Shown: positions 23,769 to 37,564 of the stretch, one piece after another
Layout: each line of letters starts with the position of its first letter
Position numbering within the stretch: the stretch's first letter is position 1
From: Hypanus sabinus
Taxonomy: Eukaryota
Assembly (NCBI RefSeq): GCF_030144855.1
Contig: NC_082706.1
Location: 162,006,001 to 162,070,000, forward strand
Reading direction: 5' to 3'
DNA: 64,000 nt
Made by a program: the position numbers and the translations under genes
Notes under the pieces: generated by a model
Told to the model about the DNA's origin: nothing
Databases searched by the model: none
The model's input: the letters and a program-made list of their open reading frames with translations, nothing else

Positions 23769-26248
23769 CTGTTAAAAAAAAAGGGACACACAGCTTATTA
23801 CAAAGTATTGTAATTTAATACACGTACCTGAGATAAATCACAAGTAAAACTCCACATAAATGCAGGCTGTTTACATACTTCAAAATACTTGGTCACACCT
23901 TGTTTAATTTGATATAAAAATCAAATCTGAACTTTTTACTTGTAGTTAAGTTTTGTGAAGCATAGCTGTTGGAATTAGCATTGTGACATTCTGGGAGTAG
24001 AAAGTATTTCTTGAATGTCAAGTGAGATCGCTTATTGAACGTTAATACTGAAGCAAATACTGGACCATTTAAGGTGACAAATAGACAGACAAGGGACCTG
24101 CCAGCATTAGGAGGTACAGATGAGTGATGTGGGTGCTGACCACATCAAGAGTTCCTCAGAATCGTGTCCTAGGCCCAACTCTCTTAGGCTGTTTCATGGT
24201 CTCTCGCTTTATTAGAAAGGTGGCAGGATGGACATTCACCAATAGTGACACAATGCTCAGATCAATTCAAAAATCCTTAAACTATGGAACAGTTTTCCCC
24301 ACCATTCTATATTCTGCCTTAGCCAGAAATGTTTCATACAGCATACACAAGTACTGAGACTATTGCCAACAAGTGGGAATTTGGTTATCACTCCTTGTTG
24401 TTCAAAGGCATCACAATCGCTAAATAATCCCCAATGAACATCCTGTGGTCACCATTAAACAGAAATTCAACTAGGCTACAAATGTTGCTCTTATAAAAGT
24501 CCTATCCTAGATATTCAGCAGGAAATGGCTCACTACTTTAAGCTTTTCCACCATCCATAAACCACGGGAGAATTGGGAATGAATATTTTCCATTCAAATA
24601 TAAAGCAGCTCAAACAACAAAGAAGGACTTGCACACTGTTCAGAACATAGCAGCGTGTTTAATTGTCACCTAATCAATCATCTGAAACATTCAACTCCTC
24701 TACAAGATGGTGCATCACAGCAGTACTTTGTACCGTCTACAAGATGCACCACACAGCTTCTTTGACAGTACATCCCAAACCGCTGATTTCTACGACAATG
24801 GAGCAGATATACAGGAACACCACCTTTTCAAGTTCTTCTCCAAACCATAATACTTATAAAAACATCAGAATTCCTTCATCATTATTTTATCAAATCTCTC
24901 CAAAACCTTATCAAGCAATACTGAAAAAGTCCCTTTATCAGTTCCAGAAGATAGCTTACCATGAATTTCTTGAGGACAATTAGAGACAGCAACCACCTTT
25001 GATACTCAGATCCCATGAAATAATTAAAATATTTAAAAATGTAATATGTACAGATCAATGATACTGAGAGCTGACTATGTAGATGATTAGTGTATGGAGA
25101 CTGACATTTGTGGAGAAACAGATATTATATATGAAGGGAAGCAAATGAATAATGTATTCAGAGGATTTGATAAGTAACGTATGAAGGTGTGCAGCAGAAC
25201 AGTGACTAAAACAGTGTATGAGAGATTTAGATGTAAAGAAGTTTAGGTAACAGAAGGATGGATGAATAATGAATAATGTACATGGAGCTGAATGATATAT
25301 GTTATTGCAGAAAAGGTTTCAATAAGTAATGTATCAAGAAGAGAGATAAGGGAAATTAGGATTGGGATAGATAGCCATAGTGTGAACATTTTGAACATGA
25401 TCAATGTATAATGTAGATAGAATATGGATGTCTAATGTATGTTGAAGGAAGAAAATAAATATATTTAAGTACATAGATAAGTGTTGTGTGGATGTAGATA
25501 AGATTGAGCTATGTGATGCATGTAACATATAGATAATGTATAGGGTGATGTATTTCATTAGATGAAGATGATTGAGAATGATGTGGTTCTGATGAGACAG
25601 TGACCAAAGTGTTAGAGAATGTGTACCAGTTGAGATGTTGTTTGAAGAGTGTTCAATAATCTTGTATATAAAGGTGTAGATTAAAGAGGTACACAATTTA
25701 AGGAGTGAGGTTTGATGCACCTAATGCTTGAACATAAGAAAAAGGAGCAAAAAAAAAAGGAATGATTGAGCCTGTTTCATTATTCAGGATCATACCTGAC
25801 CTGATCTCAGCCTCAGCATTTCCCTGCCCCATCCACAAAACCTTTGACTCTCCTTGAATACAAAACTATCTCAGACTTGAATATATCCAATGATTCCATC
25901 TCTACACTATGCTAGGAGAGAGAATTTTATATATTCAGCCCTCTGAAAGAAAACATTCCTTCTTAACTTCATGAAGCTAAATTCTGCTCCATTTATTATT
26001 CAGCATTTATTTAGTGATTCCTGTCTGGTCAGACTAACTCAAACCATATGAGCAATGCTGGGTTTCTTGAAAACCGATCAATGATTGATGCCATCAATTA
26101 TATCATTAATTGGAACAGTAAGTCTATGCAGATTTCTGAATTTAAATATGTAAAAGATAGTAATCACATACAATCAAATTAATCAATGCAAATTTTAAAT
26201 CTAGAAGATTAGCCTTATTATGTACAACAAAATTAAATTGTACTTAAC

Positions 26249-26339
26249 CAGTATTAGGAGCCATTCTTGTGAGAGTGTCTCGTATTCTATGAATGTTGAC
26301 AAAATGGCCAGGATTAAGCACCCGAGGACTAATAAAAAT
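26249..26339 (-). CDS. KCNQ3: KCNQ3-like K+ channel, exon equivalent to human exon 2 (S1, S1-S2 loop)
   Basis: Acceptor ttaacag and donor gttaagt bound a 91-bp exon: 1 nt plus [30 protein letters not shown]. This aligns with KCNQ3 [30 protein letters not shown]. Confidence 0.93.
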
Positions 26340-27421
26340 CTGTTAAGTGAAAAACAAAGATTTCTAACTTCCAACATCTGAGATATAACAGAAACACAAA
26401 ACAAAAATGTAGCAATATTTCATAACAGTATTAAAGTTCATTTAATAGTAACATGTATGATATAATACATTTCTATACTTACAGAAAAATCAGTCTTTTG
26501 GTTAATTATATCATCAAAGTAGATACATGTCAACAAGAGTGAAATGAGTCTCAATTAAAATCTGCAAACTATTTATAAGGAAACTTAGTTACTGCATTTA
26601 AAATGTAAGCACATCACCTTCAATATTCTGCTTGCTCTTTGTAAATCCCCATTCAAATAATGACCAATCAACCTGATACCGTTTTAGACTGTAGGAGAAA
26701 ACTGGAAGACCCAGAGAAAACCATATTATTCCAGAGGGAGGACGTACAGCGGCTCCTTACAGAACGGCACTGGCATTGAGCTCCAAACTACAGAACATCC
26801 TGAGCCTTGCTGGTATATCCTTTCAGTCAGTCTGAATTTGACTGCCACAGTAAAGAATTTTCTTCCTTAAAAATCATGCCTAAGTGGGGGACTTCTCATG
26901 CTAGTATCGAAAATCCACACTATACCTAAAGTTACTTTTCACAAAATCTCAATACTATTTGGGCTGTTGGGTTTGCTCAACAATTCGGGTAAATTAATGA
27001 GTACTCCCTCAAAAGATGCGAATGTAATCGCATAATTATAGGTAGCCCAGAGGCCTGGAGTTCTGATTCAAAGATACGAGTTGAAATCTCACTAATGAAA
27101 AACTAGAATCAGTAATGGTGACCACAAGACTCTGGCTTTTTGTAAGAATCTGTCTGGTTGGTTAACATCATCCACAGATTAACTATACTGTACCTGATTT
27201 CTATCTGACTCCAAACTTTGCTGGCTTTTAAGTGCAACCTAAAATGACACTAAATTTAGAGACAGTTCATGCCTGGAGTCAGACAAAATGGGCAAGGAAC
27301 TAAACAAGTACTTGGCATTGGTATGGTATCCACCAAAAAAAAGGTGGAGGATTGCAAGATCAGGAAGAAGGACACAGATAGACCAAGGCATGGTGTATTC
27401 AAGGTGATGTTGGGTCTAGTC

Positions 27422-27501
27422 TAGGAGTTCCCAACCTTTCTTATGCCATGGACCAAAACCATTAAGCAAAGGGTCCGTGGATCCCAGGCTTGAAACCCCT
27501 G
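27422..27501. mobile_element. ~80-bp hAT-type MITE
   Basis: TIRs taggagttcccaacc / ggcttgaaacccctg. Flanks gtctagtc / ttctaccc resemble the Charlie NTCTAGAN target. Confidence 0.7.
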
Positions 27502-27857
27502 TTCTACCCCATGAAAGCAGACCTTAATGCCATTTGAGATCTATCCCAGGTTATTGTGAGAGGAAAGACAAGAAATTGCTGGGGCCTTAACAGAGTTCTT
27601 TTCATCCTCTTTAGACATAGACAAGATCCGAATGAATGGAGAATAGCTAATGTTTCTCTATTTAAGAAAGCAATAGAAACAAAACAGGAGATTTTGTTGC
27701 CTGCCTTACAGGAAGGACATGGAGGTGTCAATGAGGGCGCAGAAAAGATTCAGCAGAATGTTGCGTGGTTTAGAGAGTTTTAGTTGTCAGGAGAGGTTGG
27801 AATGTTATAGATTAAATGGGGGAAGTGGGTTAAATGATAGAAAATCATGAGGGTGGA

Positions 27858-29245
27858 CAGAATCATTTATTATCAAAGTATACAACTCTGAAATAGAGAT
27901 GAAACCAAGAAAGAAAAGAATGACAGCATGATCATCAACCCTCAAATCCCTCCTCCCAGAACAAAAATGAAACAGGCATATTGACCCTCAAATCTCCCTT
28001 CCCCCACACACAAAAACCAAGAAATATCAGACGATAATTGCAGAATATAAAAAACTATAAGACTGGAAAAAGCTCTACAAGTCCATATCCAGAAAACCGG
28101 GGTAGCATTCTCCGGGCTCAGCGGCAGTCTTTTCCCTTTCTAGCAGTGAGCAACCACATCAGCACTCAAATGGCAGTCTCCCCTCTCCAGTAGCAGAGTG
28201 ATCCCCCAACTATCAAATGGCAGTCTCCCCTCTCCAGTAGCAGAGTGATCCCCCAGCGATCAAACGGCCGTCTCCCCTCTCCAGTAGCAGAGCGATCCCC
28301 CAGCGATCAAATGGCAATTTCCCCTCTCCAGTAGCAGAGCGATTCCCCAGTGATCAAACGGCAGTCTCCCCTCTCCAGTAGCAGAGTGATCCCCCAGCGA
28401 TCAAATGGCAGTCTCCTCTCTCCAGTAGCAGAATGATCCCCCAGTGAACAAACGGCCATCTCCACTCTCCAGTAGCAGAGCGATTCCCCAGTGATCAAAC
28501 GGCAGTCTCCCCTCTCCAGTAGCAGAGCGATTCCCCAGTGATCAAACGGCAGTCTCCTCTCTCCAGTAGCAGAGCGATCCCCCAGCGATCAAACGGCCGT
28601 CTCCCCTCTCCAGTAGCAGAGCGATTCCCCAGTGATCAAACGGCAGTCTCCCCTCTCCAGTAGCAGAGCGATTCCCCAGTGATCAAACGGCAGTCTCCCC
28701 TCTCCAGTAGCAGAGCGATCCCCCAGCGATCAAATGGCAGTCTCCCCTCTCCAGTAGCAGAGCGATTCCCCAGCGATCAAATGGCAGTCTCCCCTCTCCA
28801 GTAGCAGAGCGATCCCCCAGCGATCAAATGGCAGTCTCCCCTCTCCAGTAGCAGAATGATCCCCCAGTGAACAAAAGACAGCAGTGAACCTTCCACATTT
28901 GCCTTAATGTTTCAATCTCCCTTGTTACATTAATCAGTGAATAAATGGAAGTTTTAATTGGCAAAATGGAGGCGAGCATCAGGTCGCACCCTGTGCCCAT
29001 GGCTTTCTCTCCACAAGCTTCCCGCACCCTGCCTCTCCCTGTCAGAATCTCTCAGAGACTGCAGAGCGCTGAAACACAAAATAACTCCAAACTGCAAACC
29101 ATGGGTTCCAACAGTTCTAGAATCACATTCAAGATGAAAAGCAAATGTAAAAGACATAAAAGAAGTGAAATATATGGTTTCATAATAAATCCTGAAGATG
29201 TCGACTGAAGGAGTGTTGTATGCAGGTGCCATCTTGACCGGAAGT
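27858..29245 (-). mobile_element. Non-autonomous retroelement containing a minisatellite
   Basis: Minus strand starts ACTTCCGGTCAAGATGGC and ends GATAATAAATGATTCTG. No protein homology recognised. Confidence 0.6.
28167..28871. repeat. 47-bp minisatellite, 15 copies
   Basis: Unit CAAAYGGCAGTCTCCCCTCTCCAGTAGCAGAGYGATYCCCCAGYGAT at an exact 47-bp period. Confidence 0.97.
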
Positions 29246-29494
29246 ATCGCTGTCCTTCCTTCTTTGGGATTCCAATCCCAAACAGCAGTAAGTGGAGAGG
29301 GCTGAGAAGAGGATGTGGGAGAAAGAGAGTGATATTTTGACCCACAATAGTATTGTGCTAGCACAGCTCCCATTGTTCATTAAATAAAGTGGAAGTAAAA
29401 GTATATTTTTTGAAGTGTTGATTTAAAAAAAGTTTCATTCTCCTTGTTTGCAACATATAGAAAACAAATTCACTCTTTCTGCTTTGCTGGTTCC

Positions 29495-29836
29495 ATGTAA
29501 TGCTGAAAGGCCTTGACAGAGTAGTGGAAAGCTTGTTTCCCATGGTGGGGGAGTCGAGGACGAGGGCACAGCCTCTGGATAGAGGTGCATCCATTTAAAA
29601 AAGAGATATGGAGAAATTTCTTCTGCCAGAGGGTGGTGAATTTGTGCCATTTATTACCACAGGCAGCTGTGGATGCCAGATCATTTGGTGCATTTATAGC
29701 ACAGATTAGTAGGTTCTTGATTGGACACAGCATCACAGGTTACAAGGAGAAGGTGGGGGAGTGGGGTTGAGGAGGGGAAAAAAAGTCAGCCATGATTTAA
29801 TGGTGGAGCAGCCTTGATGGGCCAAATGGTCTAATT
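29495..29836 (+). mobile_element. CR1 LINE 3' end
   Basis: KGLDR...FFCQRVVNL, ending in a tatggtcttatgg tail. Confidence 0.8.
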
Positions 29837-30519
29837 CTGCTCCTATGGTCTTATGGTGATATAATGTAGCTGTTCGTTTCATTCTGCATTCAGTTCGTGT
29901 TTTACTTATACTTTCTCAATGCACTTGTCACAGTATCTCAATACATATGACAACAATAAAAGGTACTCCATTTGCAAGTTTTGGATGTAAAATGGCTCCA
30001 GACAAAATATACAAGCCGAAAAGTTCAGTGGAACAGGAATTCTCCCAAAATCCAGGGTGAAGACAGAGATTATAATCTGTTCTTTGCTCTTGAAAGAACT
30101 TGGTTCTCTTAAACACAAGGGACTGGAATTTTTCTTTAAGCTTAATTGGACAACCACTAAGAGAAAAGAATACTAGAATTCAAAGCTTCTCAGTTAATGT
30201 GATAGCTTTAAGTTTGATGACTCTGTCAAGACTGGTTCTACATGTATAACTCTTTATCATCATGATATTTGAACCCAATTCTGGTTAATGCTTCTTTTTC
30301 AACATCACTACACCAATCATCAATGTTCCAACAAACCACAAGAGGGACCCATTGCTCTGTTGGATGTATTGATTGGCTACAACATATTCACATAGTAACT
30401 GTCATACATCCACATTATATGGCATTTTTAGATTACAGCTTAAATGAGTTATTTAACAGCTTAAGTATCAACAGTTCTGCCATTGTCCATAGTGGAAAGA
30501 AATCAATTGCTTATGCTAT

Positions 30520-31985
30520 CTCGACGCTTTTCCCTTTTATATATATTAATAATTTGGATGAGAATGTAGATGGCAAATTGCAGATGATACACCACAATTG
30601 AACATGAAGAAAGTTGTCTTAGTTTATAGCAAAATTTAGATCTACTAAGAAAGCGGGCAAGGAACGGGAGATGGAATTTCACTCAGACAAGTGCGGAGTG
30701 ATTCATTTTGGGAAGATGAACCAGGATGTACACAGTGAATGGCAGAGCCCAGAGGGATCCTGTAGAACAGAAAGACATTGGAATACAAGTACCGTATTTA
30801 GTTCCATGAAAGGTGGAGTACAGATAGATCTGCAATAAGGTTACCGTGTGCAAGATTAGACAAATCACTAAATGCTGGTTAGACTGCACTCAAATTTCTG
30901 GCCATCACTCTACAGGAAATATACGATTAAGCTAGAGAGGGTGCAGAGAAGATTCCCGAAGATGTTGCTGAATTGGATGAGTCAGTTTTCTTTGGAGTGT
31001 AGGAGGCTGAGTGGTGATTGGATTGTGAGTGGTATGTACTGTACATTATATTGTAAGAGACATAAACAGGGTAGGGAGAGAGTATCTGTTTTTCATCGTA
31101 CATAACTAAAAGTCATAGAATGAAAGTAAGAAGGAAGAGCTTTAAAGGGGGCCTTAGAGTAAGCATTTCACACAGAGAGTAGTGAAGTAAAAACTCTGGA
31201 ATGAACTGTCAGAGGTTATCGTTACAGCTCAAAACTGCCAGAGCTATGAATAGTAACAATACTTTAAAGGCATCTGGACAGGTACTTGTATGAGTAAGGC
31301 ATAGAGAGATATAGAATTAATGAAGGCAAGTCGGATTAGTATTGAGAAGCATGATGGTTGGCAGAGGCACATTGAGCTGAAGGGTTTTCAACACAATTAT
31401 TACCTTGTGAGCTAAGTGCTAACTTTTTAATTAAAACAGGTTTGGGGTGTAGGATCTGATCCCATCAGGTCTCCCTTAATACTCCATCACATCAGTTGGT
31501 GGTAATGTACCTTCCCGAAAGGTGTGAGGCACCATTAGCACAAAAGAAGAAGGGGAGCAACTGTAGTGTAAGTGGGCAGAGTTGGAGAGGTGAAGGCTCT
31601 GTTAAGTTTTCTTTCTTTCTGTGACTGCACAGATAGAGCAGTGGGACTGGAACCCAGGGAGGTGAAGTGCTCTTCTTCAAGGATATGGGAAGTCAGAGAG
31701 ACCTCCATGTATCTGATGACCACACCTGCAACAAGTGCATCTGGCTGCAACACCTTGGAATTGAATGACCTATGGGTCATTTGGAAGACAAAGGATTTGA
31801 TTGGCAAGTGTTACAGGGAGGCAGTTACACCTAAGTTGTAGGATGCTGATAACTGGTTGACCGTGAGAAGGGGGAAATGGGAAAAGCAGCCAGTGCAGAG
31901 ATCCCTGTGGGTGTTCCCCTCAATAACAAGTATATTTGTTTGTTGCTATTTGAGGGAAAAACTAGCAGAGGAAAGGCACAACAGT
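30520..31985 (+). mobile_element. Degenerate CR1 fragments (RT 3' part, then an ORF1 fragment at ~31560-31985)
   Basis: YINNLDE, LERVQRRF and a Cys-rich ORF1-like segment; boundaries approximate. Confidence 0.6.
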
Positions 31986-31986
31986 C

Positions 31987-34900
31987 CATAAGACCATAAG
32001 GTATAGCAACAGAATTAGGCCGCTTGGCCCATCGAGTCTGCTCCACCATTCAATCATAGTTGATCCTTTTTTACCCCTCCTCAGCCCCACTCCCCAGCCT
32101 TCTAGCATTTGATGCCATGGCCAATCAAGAACATATCAATCTCCACCTTAAATACACACAAAGACGTGGCCTCCACAGTTGCCTGTGGTAACAATTCCAC
32201 AAATTCACCACTCTCTGGCTAAAGAAACTCCTGTGCATCTCTGTTTTAAATGGATGCCCCTCTATCCTGAGGCTATGCCCTCCTTTCTAGATTCCTCCAC
32301 CGTGGGAAACATCCTTTCCATGTCTACTCTGTCTAGGCCTTTCAACATTCAAAAGGTCTCAGTGAGATCCCACCCTGCCCCCATCCTTCTAAATCCCAGC
32401 GAGTACAGACCCAGAGCTATCAAATGTTCCCCATAAACCAGCGAGTTGTTTGTTATGTGTCCCTGCTTGCTGGGAAAATGGAGACACCTTTTTCTCCCTT
32501 ATTAGGGAGACAGAACCTGTGGTTTGTTGAATTCTGGGTGAAATGCAAACTCTTTGGGGTACTGCAAGTCTGTGTCTTTGCTGTTGCTTTGCTCACGCTT
32601 GAGTGCTCAGTGGCTAGTGCCGATGCTTTTTTTAAACCGGAGGGGGAGGGGGGATTGTTGCTCGCGGCCGCTTTCACACGGGAGGGAGTGCAGCTGGTGG
32701 GGGGGGGGGACTTTGAGGTTCTTACGTTTAACTGTCGTTCATACTTTGGGGCACTTCTCTATTTTCATGAATGTTTGCGAAGAAAAACCATTTCAGGATG
32801 TACGTATATTGTATACATTACTCTAACATTAAATTGGACCTTTGAAGCTTGATAACCCTTTCATTCCCGGAACCTCCTCTGGATCCTCTCCAATGCTAGC
32901 ACATCTTTTCTGTGATAAGAATCCCAAAACTGTTCACAATACTCAAGGTGAGGCCTCATCAGTGCCCTGTAAAGCCTCAGCATCACATCCCTGCTCTTGT
33001 ATTCTAGACCTTGAAATGAATACTAACATTATATTTGCCTTCTTCACCACAGACTCTACCTGCAAGTTATCATTTAGGGTGCCCTGCACAAGGTCTCCTA
33101 AGTCCCTTTACATCTCAGATTTTTGGATTTTCTCCCCATTTAGAAAATAGTCTGCATATTTATTTCGACTACCAAAGTGCATGACCATGCATTTTCCTAC
33201 ATTGTATTTCATTTGCCACTCTCTTGCCCATTCTCCTAACTGTCTAAGTCCTTCCGCAACCTGCCTGTTCCCTGAATACTGCCTACCCCTCCACAAATCT
33301 TCATATTACATAAATCTGGCAACAAAGCCATCTATTCCATCACCTAAATCAGTGATATACAGCATCAAAAGAAGCAGTCCCAAGACTGAACCCTGTGGAA
33401 CAGCACTAGTCACTGGCAGCTAACAGAAAAGGAATCTTTTATTCCCACTTGTTGCCTCCTACCAATCAGCCAATGGTCTAATCATGCTAGTTAATTTCCT
33501 GTAATACTATGGGCTGTTAACTTGTTAAGCAGCCTCATGTGTGGCACCTTGTCAAAGGCCTTCTGAAAATCCAAATATACACCATCCACTACACCCCCTT
33601 TATCTATCCTATTTGTAATCTCCTCAATGAATTCTGACAGGTTCATCAGGCAGGATTTTCCCTTAAGGAAACCATGCTAATTTGTCTGATCTTGTCCTGT
33701 GTCCTTAAGATCCCTAATCACCTCTACTTCATTACATAACATCCAATCCCCTAGTAGGCTCAACAACAAACTGCTCTAAAAAGCCTTCTCGTGAACATTC
33801 AACAACTTAGCTCTCTTGAGATCCATTACCAACCTGATTTTCCCAATCTACCTGGATGTTAAAATCTCCCATGAATATCATAACATTGCCCTTTTGACAC
33901 GCCTTTTTTATTTTCACATCTGTAGTCCATATCCCAGTTACTGTTCGGAGACCTATATAAAACTGCCGTCAGGGTCCTTTTACCCTTGCAGTTTCTTCAC
34001 TCAACCCACAAAGATTCAACATCTTCTGATTTCTATGTCACATCTTTCTACTGATTGGATGTCATTCTTTACTAGCAGAACCACACCACCACGTCTGCCT
34101 ACCTTCCTATCCCTCCAATACAATGTGTAACTTTGGACATTCAGCGCCCAACCTTCAGCCATGATTCAGTGATGGCCACAACATCATAGCTGGCAATCTG
34201 TAACAGTGCAACAAGATCATCTACCTTATTTGTTATACTCCATGCATTGAGATATAACACTTTGAGTACTGTGTTTGCTACCCCTTTTGATTCTGCATCG
34301 CTAATACGCTGATACTCACCCTGCTGGCTGCAATTTTGTCCAATCATCTGCCTGCCCTTCCTGACAGTTTGACTGCACTCTCTGCATCTTTGCATCCTAT
34401 CTTGAGTCCCTTCACTCCAGTTCTCATCCCCCAGCTAATTAGTTTAAAACCTTCTCAACAGCTCTAACAAAAATACATTTGTCCTCTTGGGGTTCAGATG
34501 CAACCAGCCCTTTTGAACAGGTCATACCTTCCCCCAGAAGAGTCCCAATGATCCAAGAACCTGAAGCTGTGCCCCTTGCACCAGCTTCTCAGCCACGCAT
34601 TTATCTGCCAAACCATCCTGTTTCTACCCTCACTGGTGCATGACACAGGTAGCAATCCAGAAATTATTACCCTGGAGGTCCTGCTTTTTAGATTTCTCCC
34701 CAGGTCTCTAAATTAATGCTCCCTTCAGGACCTCTTTGCTTTTTCTTCCTATATCATTGGTACCAATATGTACCAAGACATCTGTCTGATCTCCCTTCCC
34801 CTCCCCCCAGAAATGCTGTGGATATGATCTGAGACGTCTCTGACCCTGGCACCTGAGAGGCAACATACCATCTGGGTAGCCGGTTCATATCCACAGAATC

Positions 34901-35345
34901 TCCAGTCTGGTCCTCTGACTATTGACTCCTCTAACACCAGCACTCCACTTTTCTCACTATTTCCCTTCTGCATCATGGACCCATGCTCAGTGCCAGTCAC
35001 CTGGTCTCCGTGGCATTCTCCTGGCAGGTCATCTCACAAAGCAGTATTCAAAACGGAATACTTATTATTGAGGGGAATGGTCACGGGGGAGCTCTGTGCT
35101 AACTTCCCATTCCATCTCCTGACAATCACCCAGCTTCCTGCCTCCTGCACCTTAGGGATGAGTACTTCACTGAATCCCGATCGATGATCTCCTCACTCTC
35201 CCACGCAATCCAGCTGCTGCTCCAGATCCCTAACGTGGTCTACAAGGAGCTGCAGCCAGATGCACTTCACCCAGATGTAGTTCCCCGGGAGACTCAGGGT
35301 CTCCCAGGACTCCAATATCCGACATAAAAGAACACACAACGGCCA
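31987..35345 (-). mobile_element. CR1 LINE with internal deletions: ORF1 (esterase-like) and ORF2 fragments
   Basis: Tail at 31987; EWQMKYNVGKC, YLNAWSI..K..DVVAITESWL and SIVRG...VCCLSGARVRDV motifs. Interrupted by a ~410-bp plus-strand element at ~32435-32846. Confidence 0.85.
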
Positions 35346-36244
35346 TTTAAACTACACTAAGTACTCCTGACACAGTTAGGGAAACTTCACATTCAGGTCT
35401 CTGGAACTGAACCTGGTCCTGTTGCTTTATCAAGGCAAAGTGTTCAAGTTGTAACATTTCACTTGCCCTACGCCTGGAGCCAAATGACACAGGACCCTGT
35501 GCATTAGGAAAGTTGCATTTTCCTAATTAAAGCATCTTGTGCACTCTCTGTATTGCTAATGACAGTTGAGCATGCAACACTCATGTGCAGAGAAGGCAGG
35601 TTGCTGTATTAGTATGCAAAGCAGATGCAATGCCAGCATTGCCTAATGGACTTCAGAGAAGCCCCGAATGCTTTCTTTCAGCGCCCATGGAGAAAGCAGC
35701 AATTGAACCAACACATAAGTACAGCAGCTGGAAACAAAGACCAGGGGTAGGGTATCTGTAGTGCACAACACCCCGAGCTCTTTCAGCATCAACGAAGCAC
35801 AAGCCGAGTGCCTAATAGAACACCCACCACTTGCCAGGGTGAGCACAGCACTAACAACTCTGAAGAAGCTTAACACCATCCAGGACAAAGCAGCTTGTTG
35901 ACACGGCTTCAACCACTCAAAGCATTCATTCCCTCTACGAATGATTCATAATGGCTGCATCTACAAAATGCACAACAGGACTTATTCAGGTCACTCCAGC
36001 TGCTCCTCCTAAACTGTAACCTCTACTACTGAGAAGAAAGACAAATGCAGTAAGTACATGGTAACACCAAACTGCAGCTTGCCCTCCAAATTACACACCC
36101 ATTCAGACTTGGAAATTTACTGCCCTTTCTCTATAGTCGCTGGGTCTAAATCCTGGAACTCCCCACTCGACAACACTGCTGAAGCACCTTCACCAGAAGG
36201 ACTGCAGTCTTTCAAGAAGGAGGCTCACCATCTCATTCTCCCAC

Positions 36245-37193
36245 TGGTGCTGGTGACTAGTGGTTTTCCACAGGGGTCAGTGTTGGGATTGCTTCTTTCT
36301 ACATTACACATCAGTGACTTGGATGACAGAATTGATGGCTTTGTTGCAAAGTTTGTGGATGATGCGAAGATAGGTGGAGGGGCAGGTAGTTTTGAGGAAG
36401 TAGAGAAGCTACAAAAGGATTTAGACAGATTAGGAGAATGGGCAAAGAATTGGCAGAAAGAAGACAATGTCAGGAAGTGTATGGTTATGCACTTTAGTAA
36501 AAGAAATAAAAGGGCAAACTATTTTCTAAATGGAGATAAAATTCAAAAAGCTGAGGTGCAAAGGAATTCCCTAAAGGTTAATTTGCAGGTTGAGTCTGTG
36601 GTGAGGAAGGAAAATATGATGTTAGGATTCATTTTGCAAGGACTAGAACATAAAAGCAAGGATGTAATGCTGAGACTTTATAAAACACTGGTGAGGCTGT
36701 GTGCAGTTTTGGGCCCCTTATCTTAGAAAGGATGCATTGACACTGGAGTTGGTTCAAAGAAGCTTCATAAAAATGATTCCAGGATTGATCGGCTTGTCAT
36801 ATGAAGTGTGTTTGATGGCTCTGGGTCTGTGTTCACTAGAATTCAGAAAAATGATGAGTGACGTCATTGAAACCTATCGAATGGTGAAAGGTCTTGATAG
36901 AGTGGATATGGAGAGGAGAGTCTAGGACCAGTGGATACAGCCTCAGAATAGGAAGATGTCTATTTAGAACGGAGGTGAGGATGAATTTCTTTAGCCAGAG
37001 AGTGGTGAATTATGTAATTCTTTGCCACAGGAAGCAGAGGATGATAGATTCTTGATTGGTCACGGTGGGAAGGGATACAGAGAGAAGGCAGGAGACTGAG
37101 GCTGAGAGGAATACTGTAATTGATCAGCCATGATAAAATGGCGGAGCAGACTCAATGGGCCAAATGGCCTAATTCTGCTTCTCTATCTTATGT
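36245..37193 (+). mobile_element. CR1 LINE RT 3' part
   Basis: SGFPQGSVLG, KFVDDAK, LQKDLDRL and LYKTLVR motifs, then the 3' UTR. Confidence 0.88.
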
Positions 37194-37564
37194 TTTCAAG
37201 AGCATTTAGGGATGGACGTTAGGTAGTAGGTGATGGCCTTACCAACAATACCCTGATCCTGAAAAGAAAGAGCAATGGAAGTGTGTATCTTGAATAAATT
37301 GAAGTAAGTGATCGAATTGGCAAGACTTGACCAGCATTTAGACCATTAACTTTTCATTTTAGGATGACCTCTTCCATCCTCGCCACCGAATTAACCAAAT
37401 CTTTCAGATTCACATTAGAAAATCTGACAACTGAACTTATGTAAATTTGAACCTTTCTTCTTACCAACTGCCACAGCCTATAAAATGACTTCTGCCTTGA
37501 GTTCCAGCTACAGTGCACTTCCCCTTTAAGAACCGCAACTATTCTTTAAACATCATTCTTTAAA

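Noticed and set aside
25334-25720. 128-aa minus-strand ORF
   Set aside because: Lies in compositionally biased purine/AT-rich sequence; no recognisable domain or splice context.
28167-28871. CRISPR-like regular array
   Set aside because: Units are contiguous with no unique spacers, and the context is a vertebrate intron. It is a minisatellite.
35677-35697. REST/RE1-like site (ttcagcgcccatggaga)
   Set aside because: Half-site spacing is off by one and the right half is poor.
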